Source of the DNA: Mobula hypostoma
Taxonomy: Eukaryota
DNA: 64,000 nucleotides
Assembly (NCBI RefSeq): GCF_963921235.1
Contig: NC_086108.1
Coordinates: 65,350,001 to 65,414,000, forward strand
Direction: 5' to 3'
The notes under the pieces were generated by a model, which had not been told where the DNA came from, ran no database searches, and was given only the letters and a program-made list of their open reading frames with translations. Each line of letters starts with the position of its first letter. Within the stretch, counting starts at the first letter, position 1. A program made the position numbers and the translations under genes. Positions 62,522 to 64,000 of this stretch are shown in pieces.

Positions 62522-62651
62522 GTTGATGGCGTAGACATTCAAGGATTTACTAACCAAGAAGCAATTGATGCTTTACGAAACACTGGAAAAACTGTCAACC
62601 TTACCCTAGCCAGGAAGAAAAACATTAATGTCTACGAATCCTTTGAAAAGG
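62522..62651 (+). CDS. PATJ: PATJ exon, PDZ3 end; gene continues past the window end
   Basis: [47 protein letters not shown] flanks. All ten exon phases join into one open frame. Confidence 0.94.
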
Positions 62652-64000
62652 GTAATTTATATAGTACTTTCAACTTGAATAAAATTTAACTGCTTATATA
62701 AAATTCCAAATATATTCACTGTTACTTTTCTAGAGAGATTGATTTGGACAAAACAATTATCTTTTACATTAAGTTACAATAACCAGATATTGTTATTGCT
62801 GGAAAAATAACCTAAAATCCCATATAATCATTGAATCATTGTCTCAAAAGAATAAATTTGACTTTGGCTTCCCTTCAAATAATTGATTTGTTGGGTTTGG
62901 AAATTCTGCAGAAATGTGTCATTCTTTAAGATGTTACATTTGTTGAATTATTTTGGTTTTCTTATACTTGGAATAGAAAATATTTTGGAGTTCAGGAATT
63001 TTTTTTATTATTGTCTATAATGCTTTATTGTAAAATAGAATTGTGTAAACCCGTGGCTCTGATTTATCATTTGTTCTTGCCTAGCTTACGAACTGCATTC
63101 ACCCTTACCTAAGCAGATCCATTTATTTATGTGATGAATTAAGGAAGTATTCAAGTGTAATTGAAAGCAGAAACTGCTGGCAGTGCTCAGATGTTATCTG
63201 TGGAAAGAGAAGAATTCATTTCGATTGGTGACCTTCACAACTGGGAAAAGCTAGAAAATAAGTTTTATGATGCAGCAAAAGGATAGAGAAGAAAAATAAA
63301 ATGATGGTGCCTGATGAAATGGAAGGAAGGAGAAATTCAATTTATAGAGGAAAAAGGGTTGGTAATGAGACAAGAAAAAGAACATTAGATAAGTATCAAG
63401 AAGCTGAAAGTACGAATAGCAGAACCATTATCTGAGGGATGCATGAAAGCAAACCTATCAGAAGTGGAAAGAACATAGTTGAGGAGCAGTCAACTATAAT
63501 ACTTTATACTTTATTGTCGCCAAACAATTGATACTAGAACGTACAATCATCACAGCGATATTTGATTCTGTGCTTTGCATAATGGAGAAGAGTCCACACC
63601 GGCAAAAGGAAAGTATAGGAACAGGTGTTGGATAGAGAAGCTGATAATAAGAGAAAATATTGGAATTCTAAAAAAGGGAATGGGGTAAGAAGAGGAGTAA
63701 AGTTAGTTGTGAAATGTAGTGAGTTCACTGGAAGATAGTTACTGGATGGTTTACAGAAATGAAGATAGAGAAACTGAGAAAGGAAATGGAAAAGTTTGAC
63801 ATGGGATGAAGAAATGAAGCTTAAAATTGGCAGTAATGTTGATAATCTGTTCCTGCTTGGTACAAGAGCAGGAAATATGCCAAGGAAAAGTTGGAGCAGA
63901 TCGGATCATGAGTGAAGCATAACTGCTCACCACCATAGCTTACATTGCTTAATCTTTTACTTGCAAGGTGTGAATGTAGTGAAAAGAGTAATTGTGCAAT

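Noticed and set aside
21446..62651. Alternative call as MPDZ/MUPP1
   Set aside because: The MPENP N-terminus, the FDFS..GLLVF linker, WGHVEE and the adjacent TM2D1 all favour PATJ.

Overview
Vertebrate genomic DNA, probably from a cartilaginous fish such as a ray (inferred from the repeat families). It holds two head-to-head genes. On the minus strand are exons 1-2 of TM2D1, whose first intron is a minor-spliceosome (U12) intron with AT-AG termini. On the plus strand are the CpG-island promoter and first ten coding exons of PATJ/InaD-like (L27 domain plus PDZ1-3; 1393 nt of spliced CDS, about 464 aa, running past the window end), including one GC-AG intron. The rest is dense with transposable elements: CR1, Rex1/Babar, RTE and HERO-type LINEs, V-SINE and tRNA-RTE SINEs, a deleted Gypsy element, two solo LTRs, and a complete but decayed Buster/SPIN-type hAT transposon. 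It also has many Penelope-like insertions, often fold-back and flanked by 11-16 bp target-site duplications (TSDs), that carry minimal hammerhead ribozyme motifs. A 72-nt near-perfect intronic hairpin is also present. Family names come from motif recognition, not database searches, and repeat boundaries without a stated TSD are approximate.
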